Source: Mobula hypostoma (Eukaryota). Taken from it: a stretch of 64,000 nt of DNA. Location of the stretch: the NCBI RefSeq assembly GCF_963921235.1, contig NC_086108.1:10726001-10790000 (forward strand), given 5' to 3'. This document shows positions 36,949 through 48,874 of the stretch, piece after piece. A program made the translations under genes and the position numbers. Numbering within the stretch: position 1 is the stretch's first letter; every line of letters begins with the position of its first letter. The notes beneath the pieces were generated by a model. That model saw nothing but the letters and a program-made list of their open reading frames with translations. It did not search any database and was not told the origin of the DNA.

Positions 36949-38339
36949 ATGATGGAGCGGTTCCTCTTCTCCCTGCTGGTGCTCAGCCTGGCCGTGAAGG
37001 CCCAACTTTGCCCAAAGCGCTGCATCTGCCAGAACCTCTCGCCTTCCCTCGCCATCCTCTGTGCCAAAACCGGGCTGCTCTTCGTGCCTCCGTTAATCGA
37101 CCGGAGGACGGTGGAGCTGCGACTGACCGATAACTTCATCACCACGGTGAGGAAGAAAGACTTTGCCAACATGACCAGCCTGGTGCACCTGACCTTGTCC
37201 AGGAATACCATCAGCCAGATCATGCCACTGACCTTCGGTGACCTTCGAGGCCTCCGGGCTCTTCACCTGGACAGCAACAGGCTGACCAAGCTGGTGAATG
37301 AGCACCTGAAGGGTCTGGTGAACCTTCGCCACCTGATCCTCAACAACAATCAGCTCCACCACATCTCTGAGGGTTCCTTCAACGACTTCCTCACCTGCCT
37401 TGAAGATCTGGACCTATCCTACAACAACCTGGAGTATTTCCCCTGGGAGGCAATCGCCAAGATGGTCAACCTAAACACTTTGACCTTGGACCACAATCTC
37501 ATCGACCACATAGAGGAAGGGACGTTCTCTGTCCTGCACAAGTTGTCCCGGTTGGACATGACCTCGAACAGGTTGCAGAAACTTCCCCCTGACCCTCTTT
37601 TCTTAAGGACTCAGCTACTGGTCAACGCCAAGGGTGCTCAGTACTTCTCCCTGACTCTCAGCTTTGGGGGTAATCCTCTCCACTGTAACTGCGAACTACT
37701 GTGGCTCAGACGACTAACCCGGATGGATGACCTGGAGACCTGTGCGTCACCGCCCCACTTGATGGGCAAGTATTTCTGGTCGATCTCCGAAGAGGACTTT
37801 GTCTGTGAGCCTCCTCTTATAACTCGGCTTCAGGCTACCAAGGTGTTTGTGGTGGAGGGCCAGGGAGTGACTCTTAAATGCAAGGCCATTGGTGACCCAG
37901 ATCCCTCCATTCTCTGGAGCTCACCGGAGGGGAAGCTGGTATCTAACTCATCCAGAACGATCATCTACGACAATGGAACCCTGGACATCCTGATCACCAC
38001 ACTCAAGGACAACGGCATGTTCACCTGCATCGCCTCCAACGCCGCGGGTGAATCGGCCGCCAACCTCACCATTGGGATCATCCCCCTCCCTCACCTGGTC
38101 AACTTCACCAGCCAGCAGAAAGAGCCTGCCCCCGGATCGTCCGACATCACCACCTCCACTAAATCAGGCTCCTCCTCCAACAGCAGTGACACCAAGAGCT
38201 CTCAGGAGAGGAAAGTGATGGTGACAGACTTGAGCACAACTTCTGCCCTGATCTGGTGGCCTTCTCAGCACCCCATCCCTAGGATCCGCATGTACCAGAT
38301 TCAGTACAACAGCTCCACTGACAACACCCTGGTCTACAG
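36949..38339 (+). CDS. LRFN1: First coding exon of an LRFN/SALM family gene (LRR + Ig + FN3 synaptic adhesion molecule), closest to LRFN1 / LRFN1-like; partial CDS
   Basis: 464-aa ORF: signal peptide, LRRNT (CPKRCIC), LRRs, LRRCT ([15 protein letters not shown]), Ig domain (LKCKA...[11 protein letters not shown]), FN3 start (QYNSS..TLVYR). Polypyrimidine tract and AG acceptor at 36930-36931. In-frame TGA at 36943 just before the ATG. AG|GTAAGC donor at 38339/38340 (phase 2). [25 protein letters not shown] and [17 protein letters not shown] favour LRFN1 over LRFN5; paralog assignment (LRFN1 vs LRFN1-like/LRFN3) is less certain than the family. Confidence 0.9.
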
Positions 38340-38345
38340 GTAAGC
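38338..38345 (+). promoter_or_regulatory. Splice donor of the LRFN coding exon
   Basis: AG|GTAAGC at LVYR, where LRFN proteins continue with MIP; the ORF 'stop' TAA is part of GTAAG. Confidence 0.9.
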
Positions 38346-38404
38346 GCACCTTATCGACACACTCTGAGTGCAGGTGGAGTCGACAGCCGAAACAGAGATA
38401 TAAT

Positions 38405-38870
38405 TTCAGCGGCCACTTTATTAGGTACCTCTCATGTGAGGTTCAATGTATTGTACGTTCAGAGATGCTCTTCTGCACACCGCTGTTGTAATATGTGGTT
38501 ATTTGAGTTACCGTCGCTTGAATCAGTCTGGCCATTCTCCTCTGACTTCTCTCATTAATAAGGCATTTTCACCCACAGAACTGCTATACATGGGATTTTT
38601 TATTTGTTTTATCAACCATTATCCGTAAACTCTAGACTGTTGTGCATGAAAAGCCCAGGAGATCAGTTTCTGAGATACTCCAACCACCCCGCCAGGCACC
38701 AACTATCACCCCACTGTCAAAGACACTGAGATCACATTTCTTCCCCACCCTGATGTTTGGTCTGAATGACAACTGAACCTCTTGACCGTCTCTGTGTGCC
38801 TTCATGCATTGGGCTGCTGCCACGTGATTGACTGCCTAGATGTTTGCATTAACGGGCAGGTGTACAGGTG
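38405..38870 (-). mobile_element. Internally deleted Tc1-like transposon
   Basis: TIR cagcggccactttattaggtac; VGKKCDLSVFDSGVIVGAWRGGWSISETDLLGFS; same family as 23620-24206. Confidence 0.8.
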
Positions 38871-39510
38871 CGCTCCTCTACGTTGGTGAGACCCGTCATA
38901 AATTGGGGGAGCGCTTCATCAACGACCTCCGCTCCATCTGCCAACAGCGGAACTTCCCAGTGGCCAAACATTTTAATTCCGATTCTCATTCCCATTCCGA
39001 GCTTTTGGTCCATGGCTTCCACTCGCGCCAGGATGAGGCCTCCGTCAGGGTGGTGCAGCAACAACTTATATTCTGTCTGGCTAGCCTCCAATCTGATGGC
39101 ATGAATATTGATTTCTCCTTCCGGTAAACAATTTTTTCCCTTCCCTCCCCTCTGCTTTTCTCCTATTCCCCTCTCTGGACTCTTACCTCTTCTCACCTGC
39201 CTATCACTTCCCCATAAGTCCCCTCCTATTTCCCTTTCTCCTATGGTCCACTCTCCTCTCCTATCAGATTCCTTCCTCTCCAGCCCTTTACCTTTCCCAC
39301 CCACCTGGCTTCACCTATCACCTTCTAGCTATCCTCCTTCTCCTCCCCCCAACTTTTTATTCTAGCGTCTTTCCCCCTTCCTTCTTGGTCCTGAAGAAGG
39401 GTCTTGGCCCGAAATGTCAACTGTTTGTTCATTTCCATAGACCTGCTGAGTTCCTCCAGCATCTTGCGTGTGTTGCACTGGATTTCCAGCATCTGTAGAA
39501 TCTCCTACGT
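38871..39510 (+). mobile_element. Penelope-like (Neptune-type) element: GIY-YIG fragment + pLTR
   Basis: LYVGETRHKLGERF...FPVAKHFNS.SHSHS...QQLIFCLASLQSDGMNIDFS. Confidence 0.85.
39386..39423 (+). ncRNA. Minimal type I hammerhead ribozyme motif (PLE-type), slightly degenerate
   Basis: ggtc CUGAAGA A GGGUCUUGGCCC GAAA UGUC aactg. Confidence 0.6.
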
Positions 39511-39699
39511 TTTGGACAAATTGGATTGTTTACTTTGGAGAGTAGGTGCCTTGTTTATCAAATTATGGGGGCAGAGGTAGGGTGGATAGTCAGAGACTTC
39601 TTCCCAGGGTGGGAATGTCAAATCCAAGAGTGTATAGGTTTAAAGTGAGAAGTGGAAACTTTAAAAGAGTTGTGAGGGGTAGGACCTTCTCCCTAGAGA

Positions 39700-40395
39700 A
39701 AGTTAAGTACAAGAACCAGGGAGTACACATCAAGGATGACCTCTTTGGTCCTTTAATAACACCTCACAAAACAAGATAGCACAGCAGCACCTCCACTTCC
39801 TAAGGAGATGGAGGCAAGCGAGACTCCCCTACCATCTTAAATGAATTTTACAGCAGCACCACTGAGAGCGTCCTGCAAATTCCATCTCCATCTGGTATGG
39901 GAATAGCGGAGCATTGGACTGAATGTCCCTACAAAGTACTGTGAAAATGACTGAGAGAATTATGGGGGTCTCCCGACCATCCATTGGGGATATCGATCAG
40001 GAGCACTGCGTACACAAGGCCCTCAAGGATCCCACCCATCCATCCAGCATGCTTTTTTACCTTTTACCATCAGGCAGGAGACTCCAATGCATAAAGACAA
40101 GAACGGTCGGATGGAAAACAGTTTATTCCCTCAGGCCTTTAAGCTTCTGAGCTCCCTGCCACATTCAAAGTGTCACCTTTCATCTGTTCTATACCTGACA
40201 ATACTTAACTTATGCACTTTAATTTGTTTATTTATTTATGATTCAGCTGTAGATTTTATTCTTACTTTCCTAAATTATTGTGTGTTATATGCGTGTTATG
40301 TGTACTACTGTGCTTTATGCTCTGGTTCAGGGAAACGTTGTCTGATTTGGTGGTATATATGTAAACAGTTAAATGAGAATCAACTTGACTTGACT
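39700..40395 (+). mobile_element. Rex-Babar 3' fragment
   Basis: KDPTHPSSMLFYLLPSGRRL..IKTRT..MENSLFPQA; (acttg)n tail. Confidence 0.75.
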
Positions 40396-40884
40396 TCATT
40401 AACACAGAGAGAAGTGAGTGGCTGAAATGGACTGCCCTACAGGCTGGTGTACGTAGATAATGAAGAGCGATTTTGACAGTCCATTGCACATTCAGAGAGT
40501 GCTGGGATATGAATCACACGTATGCCGATCGGTTGAGTGTAATTTGGCATCATGGCTAGCACAGACATTGGGCTGAAAGGCCTGTTCCAATGGCTGTAAC
40601 GTTCTACATTTGGAGTGGCGCTAATATCTGTCCTGTGCTTGGTAGGGCCTGTCAGTGGAGTGGTGAAATAGAGAGACCAGCTAATTCTGAAGTGTCTTCA
40701 CAGTCAGCTCCGACCACTGCTTGTGGCTCCATTACAGCTTTTATATTTCCATTTCTCTCGGGCACATCGTGCAGGGAGGCTGCCTGTAGTTCCGCTACCC
40801 GGTAACGCACAGGAGCAAAATCAGTTCACCTCGCACCTACATCACTACCTCCGATATTCTCTGCTTCTTCAGATTACAGCCATT

Positions 40885-41170
40885 GATCAAACCAGCACAG
40901 AAACAGGCCACTCGGCCCATCCAGTCCATGGTACGCACAGTCATAGATCAAACAGCACAGAAACAGGCCACTTGACCCATCCAGTCCATGGTACGCACAG
41001 TCATAGATCAAACCAGCACAGATACAGGCCACTTGGCCCATCCAGTAAATGGTAGACAGTCATAGATCAAACCAGCACAGATACAAGCCACTCGGCCCAT
41101 CCAGTACATGGTACGCACAGTCAGAGAGCTAAATAGAAGGGAAGCAGGCTCGTTGGCCCATCCAGTCCAT
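40885..41170. repeat. ~60-bp tandem array (about 5 units) made from a CR1 3' tail
   Basis: gtcatagatcaaaccagcacagaaacaggccactcggcccatccagtccatggtacgcaca repeated. Confidence 0.85.
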
Positions 41171-42480
41171 TTCTACCTGGCTGGTCCCAATTTCCTGTGT
41201 TCGGCCCATATCCCTCCAAGTCCCACCCCTCTGTGTACCCCTCGAAGTACTTCGTAAATCACACTATTGTACCTTCCTCTGGCAGCTCATTCCTTACACT
41301 GACCACCCGTTGCGTAAAAAAAAAAGTCTCTCAGTTCCCCTTTAAATCTTTGCCCCCAACCTTGCACCCTAAATCTATGCCCCACCCTATGCTGGGGAAA
41401 AATCTGTTATCATCCACCTTATTTACACCTATCATCATTTGCGACATTTCTTCAAGATTCTCCTACGTTCCAAGGAATAAAGCCCCAGCCTGGTCAGTCT
41501 CTCCCTGTAACTCAGGCTCCCTAGTCCTGGCAAAATCCCAGGAATTCTCTCTGCTCTCTCATAGACCTTAAGATAAAGGAACAGAATGAGGCCATTTGGC
41601 CCATCAAGTCTGCTCCACCATTTCATCATGGCTGATCCATTTCCCTCTCAGCCCCAATCTCCTGCCTTCTCCCTGCAACGTTTTATGCTCTGACTAATCA
41701 CGAATCTATCGATCACTACCTTCAATATACCCAATGACTTGGCCTCCACAATTGCATGTGGCAATGCATTCCACAGATTCACCACTCTGTGGCTAAAGAT
41801 ATTCCTCTTCATCTCCATTTTGAAAGGAGGCCCCTCTATTCTGGGGCTGTGTCCTCTGGTCTTAGACTGTCCCACCAGAGGAAACATCCTCTCCACATCC
41901 GCTCTATCGAGACCTTCCTCCATTCGATAGACTTCAGTGAGGTCACCCGTCAGGCTCCTCATATGATGAGCCATTCAATCCTGGAATCATTTTTGTGAAC
42001 CTCCTTTGAACCCTCTCCAGTTTCACCACATCCTTTCTTAGATGAGGGGCTCAAAACTGCTCACAATACTCCAGTGATGGCTCACCAGGGCTTTATAAAC
42101 CCTCAACATTATATCCTTGCTTTTATATTCTATCCCTCTAAAATGAATGCTAACATCGCATTTGCCTTCCTTAACACCAACTCATCCTGCAAATTAACCT
42201 TTTGGGAATTCCAGTTTAACTGCACCTTTCCCATAACAGGGTAACCAAAATTGCACACAGTACTCCAAGTGTGGCCTTCCTAACAACTTGTACAACTGCA
42301 GTATATTGTCCCAACTCCTACACGGTGTCCTGATTGATGAAGGCCAATGTGGTAGATGCCTCTTTCACCACCACACCTACCCATGACTCTGCTTTCAGAG
42401 CCAATGGATTTGTACTACAAGATCACCCTGGTCCATAACACCTGTAGTGCCCCCCTCCCCCATTCATAGTATAAATCTTA
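41170..42480 (-). mobile_element. Cluster of nested CR1 fragments
   Basis: LGLYSLE, TRGHSPRI..FSHRVVNLWNALP. Confidence 0.75.
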
Positions 42481-43461
42481 TGCTGTGATACAGGACCTTC
42501 TACCGGACATCAGGTAGAAGATCCAAGTGCCTCAGGACTTGCACAACTAGGTTCAAGTACAATTATTACCCCTTCAAGCTTTTGAATAAAAGGGGATAAC
42601 TACAGTCACTTGCTTATCCATTGAGATGTTTCCACAACCAATGATCTCATGTTAAATACTCTTTTTCTCATTATCTCAAGTTCTCATTATTTATTGCTAT
42701 TTATTTTATCTGCATTTGCAGTCTGTGCACGTTGGTTAATCTTTCATTAATCCTACTATAATTGCTGTTTTATTAGATTTGCTGAGTATGCCTGCTGGAA
42801 ATTGAATCTCAGGGTTGTCAATGGTGACAGAGCGTTATTCTGATAATAAAATTTACGTTGAAATTTTGATCTTTGACTTTGTTTAGCCAGAGAGTGATGA
42901 ATCTGTGGAATTCATTGCCAGCAGCAGCTGTGGAGGCCAAGTCACTGGGTACATTCAAGGCAGATGTTGATAGATTAAGTGGTCAGGACATGAAGGGTGA
43001 TGGGGAGAAGGCAAGAGATTGGGGCTGAGAGGAAAATTGGATCAGCCATGATGAAATGGCGGAGCAGACTTGATGGACCAAATGGCCTAATTCTGCTCCA
43101 ATATCTCATGGTCATATGGGCTTTTCAAAATACATTGCCTCACCCTTAACTGATTTAAAGTCCATTTGCCACTCCTTGGCACACTTCCCAAAATGATACT
43201 TCTACAGCTGGTGTCCATCTCATCCTGGTGTGCCCCCTCTAGGAATGGTCCACAGACTAACCACAAACTGGAACCATACGGTAAGCTCAACTGTCAACAC
43301 ATTTAACCCAGCCAATAAAGCTTCTGGGATGGCTCATGTCATCTGAAAGCGTCATGACTATCTGGGACAATTTTAAAGTATGTTTTTGAATAGAGAGATT
43401 GAACACTGATGTGTTAAAAGAGTATAAAATCAGGTGAATATCCACTTTTACCCAAGCCCAT

Positions 43462-44118
43462 GGTGTGAAGAATGAGAAGGTGCTTGCTCTTATTAGTCAA
43501 GGCACTCAGTTCAAAAGTCAAGAGGTTACGTTGCAACTTTATAAAACTCTGGTTAAATCACATCTGGAGTATTGCACACAGTTCTGGTCTCCCCGCTATA
43601 GGAAGGATGTCGAGGCTTTGGTGAGGGTGCAGGAGAGGCTCGCCAGGATGCTGCCTGGCTTAGAGGGAATGGGCTATCATGAGAGGCTGGATAAACTTGG
43701 GTTGTTTTCTCTGGAGTGTCGGAGGCTGAGGGGAGATCTGATAGAGGTTTATAAGATTATGAGAGACATAGATAGAGTAGACAGGGAGTATCTGTTTCCC
43801 AGGGTTGAAATGTCTAATACCAGAGGGCACGCATTGAAGGTGAGAGGGGGTAGTTCAAGGGGTATGTGGGAGGTAAGTTTTTTTACTCAGAGAGTGGTGG
43901 ATGCCTGGAATGTGCTCCCTGGTACGGTGGTAGAGGCAAATACATTAGAGGCTTTTCAGAGATGTTTGGATATGCATGTAGATGTGAGGAAGATGGAGGA
44001 GTATGGACATGGTGTAGATCGGAGGGATTAGTGTTTGGGTGTTTTTGATTTGGTTTGGCACAACACTGTGGGTCAAAGGACTTGTTCCTGTACTGTACTG
44101 GTCTGTGTTCTGTGTTCT
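43462..44118 (+). mobile_element. CR1 3' fragment
   Basis: 188-aa open CR1 C-terminus (HLEYCTQFWSP, RLRGDLIEVYKI, FFTQRVVDAWN) and tail. Confidence 0.9.
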
Positions 44119-44581
44119 AAGGTGAGAGGGGAGAGTTTAATAGCAACCTTTCATTGCATCACAGGAAACAGATCCTCGATGCGCTGAGATAAGGGGAACC
44201 TGAGGGGCAATGTCTTCACTTGGAGAGTGGTAAGAATGTGGAACGACAGCGCAAGTGTTGGATGTGGGTCTGATGGCAACATTGGAGAGAAATTTGGATA
44301 GGTATATAACGTAGATGGATGCCCATGGAGGGCTATGTTCTCGGTGCAGGTTGATGGGACTAGGTAGAATAATAGCTGGCATGAACTCGATGGGCTGAAG
44401 GGCCTGTTTCTCTATAGATTTGAAAGATTAGCTGTATTTGTCATAAGTGGGGCGTCAATGAGAACAAGCTAAGTTTACAACTCACTTACAAGGAATTCTG
44501 CAGATGCTGGAAATTCAAGCAACACACATCAAAGTTGCTGGTGAACGCAGCAGGTCAGGCAGCATCTCCAGGAAGAGGTAC

Positions 44582-44617
44582 AGTCGACGTTTCCGGCCGA
44601 GACCCTTCGTCAGGACT
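44582..44617 (-). ncRNA. Minimal type I hammerhead ribozyme motif
   Basis: AGUC CUGACGA A GGGUCUCGGCCG GAAAC GUC GACU; stem II base pair mismatched. Confidence 0.65.
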
Positions 44618-45596
44618 AACTGAAGGAAGAGCTAGTAAGAGATTTGAAAGTGGGAAGGGGAGGGGGAGATCCAAAATGACAGGAGAAGACGGGAGGGGGA
44701 AGGATGGAGCCAAGAGCTGGACAGTTGATTGGCAAAAGGGATATGAGAGGATCATGGGACAGGAGGTCCGGGGAGAAAGACAGGGGCGGGTGGAAACCAG
44801 AGGATGGGCAAGGGTTATAGTTAGAGGGACAGAGAGAGAAAAAGGAGAGAGAGAGAGAAAGAATGTGTGTATATAAGTAAATAATGGATGGGGTACGAGG
44901 GGGAGGTGGGGCATTAGCGGAAGTTAGAGAAGTCAATGTTCATGCCATCAGGTTGGAGGCTACCCAGACGGAATATAAAGTGTTGTTCCTCCAACCTGAG
45001 TGTGGCTTCATCTTTACAGTAGACACAAAATAATCTGCAGAAGCTGGGGTCAAAGCAACACTCACAACATGCTGGAGGAACTCAGCAGGTCGGGCAGCAG
45101 CTGTTGAAAAGATCGGTCGACGTTCTGGGCGGAACCCAGTCCTGACAAATTAATTCCACATCCCATTCCCATTCTGACATGTCTAACCACAGCCTCCTCT
45201 ACTGTAAAGATGAAACCACACTCAGGGACAACACCTTATATTCCGTCTGGGTAGCCTCCAACCTGATGGCATGAACATTGACTTCTCTAACTTCCGCTAG
45301 GCCCCACCTCCCCCTCGTACCCCATCCGTTATTTATTTATATACACACATTCTTTCTCTCTCTCTCCTTTTTCTCCCTCTGTCTCTCTCACTATACCCCT
45401 TGCCCATCCTCTGGGTTCCCCTCCCCCCCCGCCCCTTTCCTTCTCCCTTGGCCTCCTGTCCCATGATCCTCTTGTATCCCTTTTGCCTATCACCTGTCCA
45501 GCTCTTGGCTCCATCCCTCCCCCTCCTGTCTTCTCCTATCATTTTGGATCCCCCCCCCTCCAACTTTCAAATCCCTTACTCACTCTTCCTTCAGTT

Positions 45597-45632
45597 AGTC
45601 CTGACGAAGGGTCTCGGCCTGAAACGTCGACT
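45597..45632 (+). ncRNA. Minimal type I hammerhead ribozyme motif
   Basis: AGUC CUGACGA A GGGUCUCGGCCU GAAAC GUC|GACU; stem I AGUC/GACU; palindromic ACGU replaces stem III. Confidence 0.75.
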
Positions 45633-45729
45633 GTACCTCTTCCTAGAGATGCTGCCTGGCCTGCTGCGTTCACCAGCAACTTTGATGTGTGTTGCTTTAC
45701 AACTCCCTGCAGCTTTCGATCCTGTAAAG

Positions 45730-46397
45730 GGATGGGGGCTCTACCGCACGGGATCGAAAATTCTGCAGAGAGTTGTAAACTCAGTCATCTCCATCATGGG
45801 CACTGGACTCCGTAGTATCCAGGACATCTTCAAGGAACCATGCCTCAAAAAGGCGGCAACCATCATTAAGGACCCCCCCCCCCACCCCTGCCATCGCCCA
45901 GGACATGCCCTCTTCTCTTCGCTACCATCAGGGAGGAGGTACTGGAGCCTGAAGGCACACACTCAGTGATTCATGCAACACGCATAGAATGCTGGAGGAA
46001 CTCAGCAGGCCCGGCAGCATCTGTGGAAAATGGTGAACAGTCGACCTTTAGGGCTGAGAGCCTTCAGCAGGCCTGGATCTCCGCCCAAAACGTCGACTGT
46101 ACTCTTGTTGCCTGACCTGCTGAGTTCCTCCAGCGTCTCGTGTGTGTTGATCGGATTTCCAGAATCTGCAGATTTTCTCGTGTTTGTGATTGTTCCTCAA
46201 AGATTCAGGAACAGCTTCTTCCCTTCCGCCATCCGATTTCTGAATGAACACTGAATTCATGAACACTACCTCTCTGTATTTTTATCTCTATTTTTGCACT
46301 GCTTGATTATATAATTACTGTCATTCACAGTTTTTGTTTCGATTACTATGTATTGCTTTGTACTACTGCCGCAAAGTCAACATAAACCTGATTCAGA
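45730..46397 (+). mobile_element. Rex-Babar 3' fragment with short 5' inversion; hosts a nested head-to-head PLE-end insert (45974-46195)
   Basis: LQRVVNS..CLKKAATIIKDP..PGHALFSSLPSGRRYWSLKAHTQ | RFRNSFFPSAIRFLN; TSD-like ctcagtgattca / ctcaaagattca. Confidence 0.8.
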
Positions 46398-46769
46398 CGT
46401 GGCCACGAACCTGCAGGAGCGGCTCCTGCGATTTCCCTGATAAACCCAGTCCCACATGATTCGGTCGTTGTTCCGACCTCAGCCCCAGGTATCCAGAGCT
46501 ATCGATACTCTCAAAGAGACCAGGTACTTGCAACCTTGACATCCACAAACATTCATAAACACTTAGAAGTGTTTAAAAATAATTGCAGTTTTTAAAACAG
46601 TAAAAATTATTTTAAACATTGAAAGTAATTAAAACACTTAAAGCACTAGAAGCCACTAAATCGAATGCGTTGAAGTACATTTCAGTTATTTAAATATGTT
46701 TCAATTCGGGTAAAATTGTATAAATTAACAGGAAGTGGTCAGGTTCTCACTGTATTGAAGTGGACAAGT

Positions 46770-47417
46770 TTGTTTGATGTTGTGGTGTCCGCCAAGCTTG
46801 GCCGTTAGCTTGCAGACGTTTCATCGCTTGTTGAAGTGACACACTCAGTTCGCAGTTGGCGTTTCTCTCTGGGAATCCTTGAGCTGATACAAACTCCCGC
46901 TCACTCGCCGCGGTCCAGACTGGCTGCCCCTTTCAGCTGACCTGTTGGCTCGCGTTTCACTGGCTCCTGGGGGCTCGCAGATGCCGCCTACTTCGGGAGC
47001 ACGGAGGCATGATCCGCTATCGCTGATCTCGGTACCTGAAGACCGCCTTAACGGCGACACCGCGGAGGTTCTGGCGCAGGCAAACATGAGGCAGGGACGA
47101 GGAATTTCAGAGGCGTGGCTCTCTTCCGATAACTCCGTAAAAACAAACATATCGATATAGAACCCCTAGGAGCCAAAGAAACTCGAGGCAATAGTATTTA
47201 AAGGTCAGCTGAAGGGGTAGCCAATCAGGACTGAGGCAAACGAATGGGTCGGGGGGAGGCTATATAAAGGCGAGGACTCTCCCAGAGAGAAACAACAGCC
47301 ACTACACACTGAGGATGTCACCTCGATTGGGGATGAAAAGTCTGCAACCTAATCGCCAAGCTCGGCGAACACCACGGCATCAAACGCCTCAACCCGAGCT
47401 ACCAATATTCACCAGCA
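46770..47417. mobile_element. Second Penelope-like family (Poseidon-type) with inverted pLTRs
   Basis: 46770-46972 is inverted relative to 47162-47385; spacer encodes EVLAQAN.R..R...EAWLSSDNS (GIY-YIG C-terminus-like); degenerate hammerhead motifs in both arms. Confidence 0.7.
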
Positions 47418-48114
47418 TCCTGGACACGTTTGTGTTCCAGTGGTTCCCCACCTAAAATTTTTAAATTTTCAAGGAAATTAATGAGCCTTAAGGACCTGAG
47501 TTAGAGGGAAAGTTTGAATAGGTTCGGACTTTATTCTCCTGAGTGTGGAAAATGAGGGGAGATTTGATAGATGTATACAATTACGAGGGCGCAGATGGGG
47601 TAAATGCAAGCAGGCTTCTTCCACTGAGGTTGGGTGGAACTATAGCTAGAGGTCATGGGTTAAGGGTGAAAGATGAAATATTTGAGGGGGACTTCTTCAC
47701 TCAGAGGGTGGTAGAATGTGGAATGAGCAACCAGTGGAAGCAGTGGATGTGGGTTCCATTGCAACAGTAAAGTGTGTAGGTGTACGGACAGGAGGGGTGC
47801 AGAGGGCTATGGTTCTGGGGCTAGTTGACGGGATTAGGCAGAATAACGGTTTGGCATAGACTAGGTGGGCTGAAGGATCTGATTCTGTTCTGTAGTGCTC
47901 TATGACTCTATGACCACATGTCCTGGAGACCGCAGCCGGCTGGTATCCATTGCCCCGTTTCACAGGGAGTCCTGCACTGTCATGTTTGAGACCATTATTG
48001 CACAGGCGATCCTCTGAAGTGATTCCGACTGCGTTGGTCACTGGAAGAGGGGTCAGCGTCAGCCAGTGTTTGAGAATGTGGTCAGTCCTCATTAGAAAAA
48101 TGCCACTGTTTGTT

Positions 48115-48425
48115 AATTATATGGGATCATGGTCTTTCCATGACCATGATTCTTCTTGGCAAATTTTTCTACAGAAGTGGCCTTCTGCTGGGCAGTGTCT
48201 TTATAGGACAGGTGACACCAGCTATGATCAATACACCTCAGAGATTGTCTGCCTGTCATCAGTGGTCACATAACCAGGACTCATGATATGAACCAGCTAC
48301 TCATACAACCATCCATCATCTGCTCCCACACTGACCCTGATCAGGCCAGGGGGAGGTGCTACACCTTGCCCAAGGGTGACCTGCAGGTTAGCGGAGGGAA
48401 AGGGAGCCTTACACCTCCTTTGGTG
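48115..48425 (-). mobile_element. RTE-tailed SINE-like element
   Basis: Same family as 9315-9693. Confidence 0.6.
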
Positions 48426-48874
48426 ATGTAGTTCAACCCAGAAACATCACCGTGTCTCTCTATATTCACTGGGTGTAGCACTGCCTCGCGATGTCTCTTC
48501 TAATCTCCAACCATCAGCTTGTGCATGGGAAAGGTCCCTCCACATCCTACCACAACAGAGCTTCCAGCAAACCTCTAGAAAAAGATATGGAGGACCAGTA
48601 GATCAGTGCTGAGTGTATAAACATGTCAGGGCATTTAGAGGTCAAGGAGGAGGAAGTGCTGGGCCTCTTAATGAGTATTAAGGTGGATAAGTCCCCAGGG
48701 CCTGATAGGATTTACCTTAGGTTATTGAAGGAGGCAAGATGTGAGATTTCTGGGTCCTTAACCAGTATCTTCATGTCCTCTCTAGGCACAGGCAAGGTCC
48801 TGGAGTACTGACAAGTGGCTAATGTTGTACCTTTATTTAAGAAGGGAATAAGGGAAAATCCTGAGAACTATAGA

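Larger units (their letters stand above)
44484..45697. mobile_element. Palindromic Penelope-like insertion (two inverted pLTR arms)
   Basis: About 44517-45022 (-) and 45198-45697 (+) are highly similar inverted copies; flanked by tttacaactc at 44474-44483 and 45696-45705. Confidence 0.85.

Noticed and set aside
38341..38343. Stop codon suggesting a truncated or secreted 464-aa LRFN
   Set aside because: The TAA lies within the GTAAG splice donor; the protein should continue in a downstream exon
39853..39873. REST/RE1-like motif (cagcaccactgagagcgtc) in a neuronal gene intron
   Set aside because: The right half-site is mismatched and the sequence is simply Rex-Babar coding sequence
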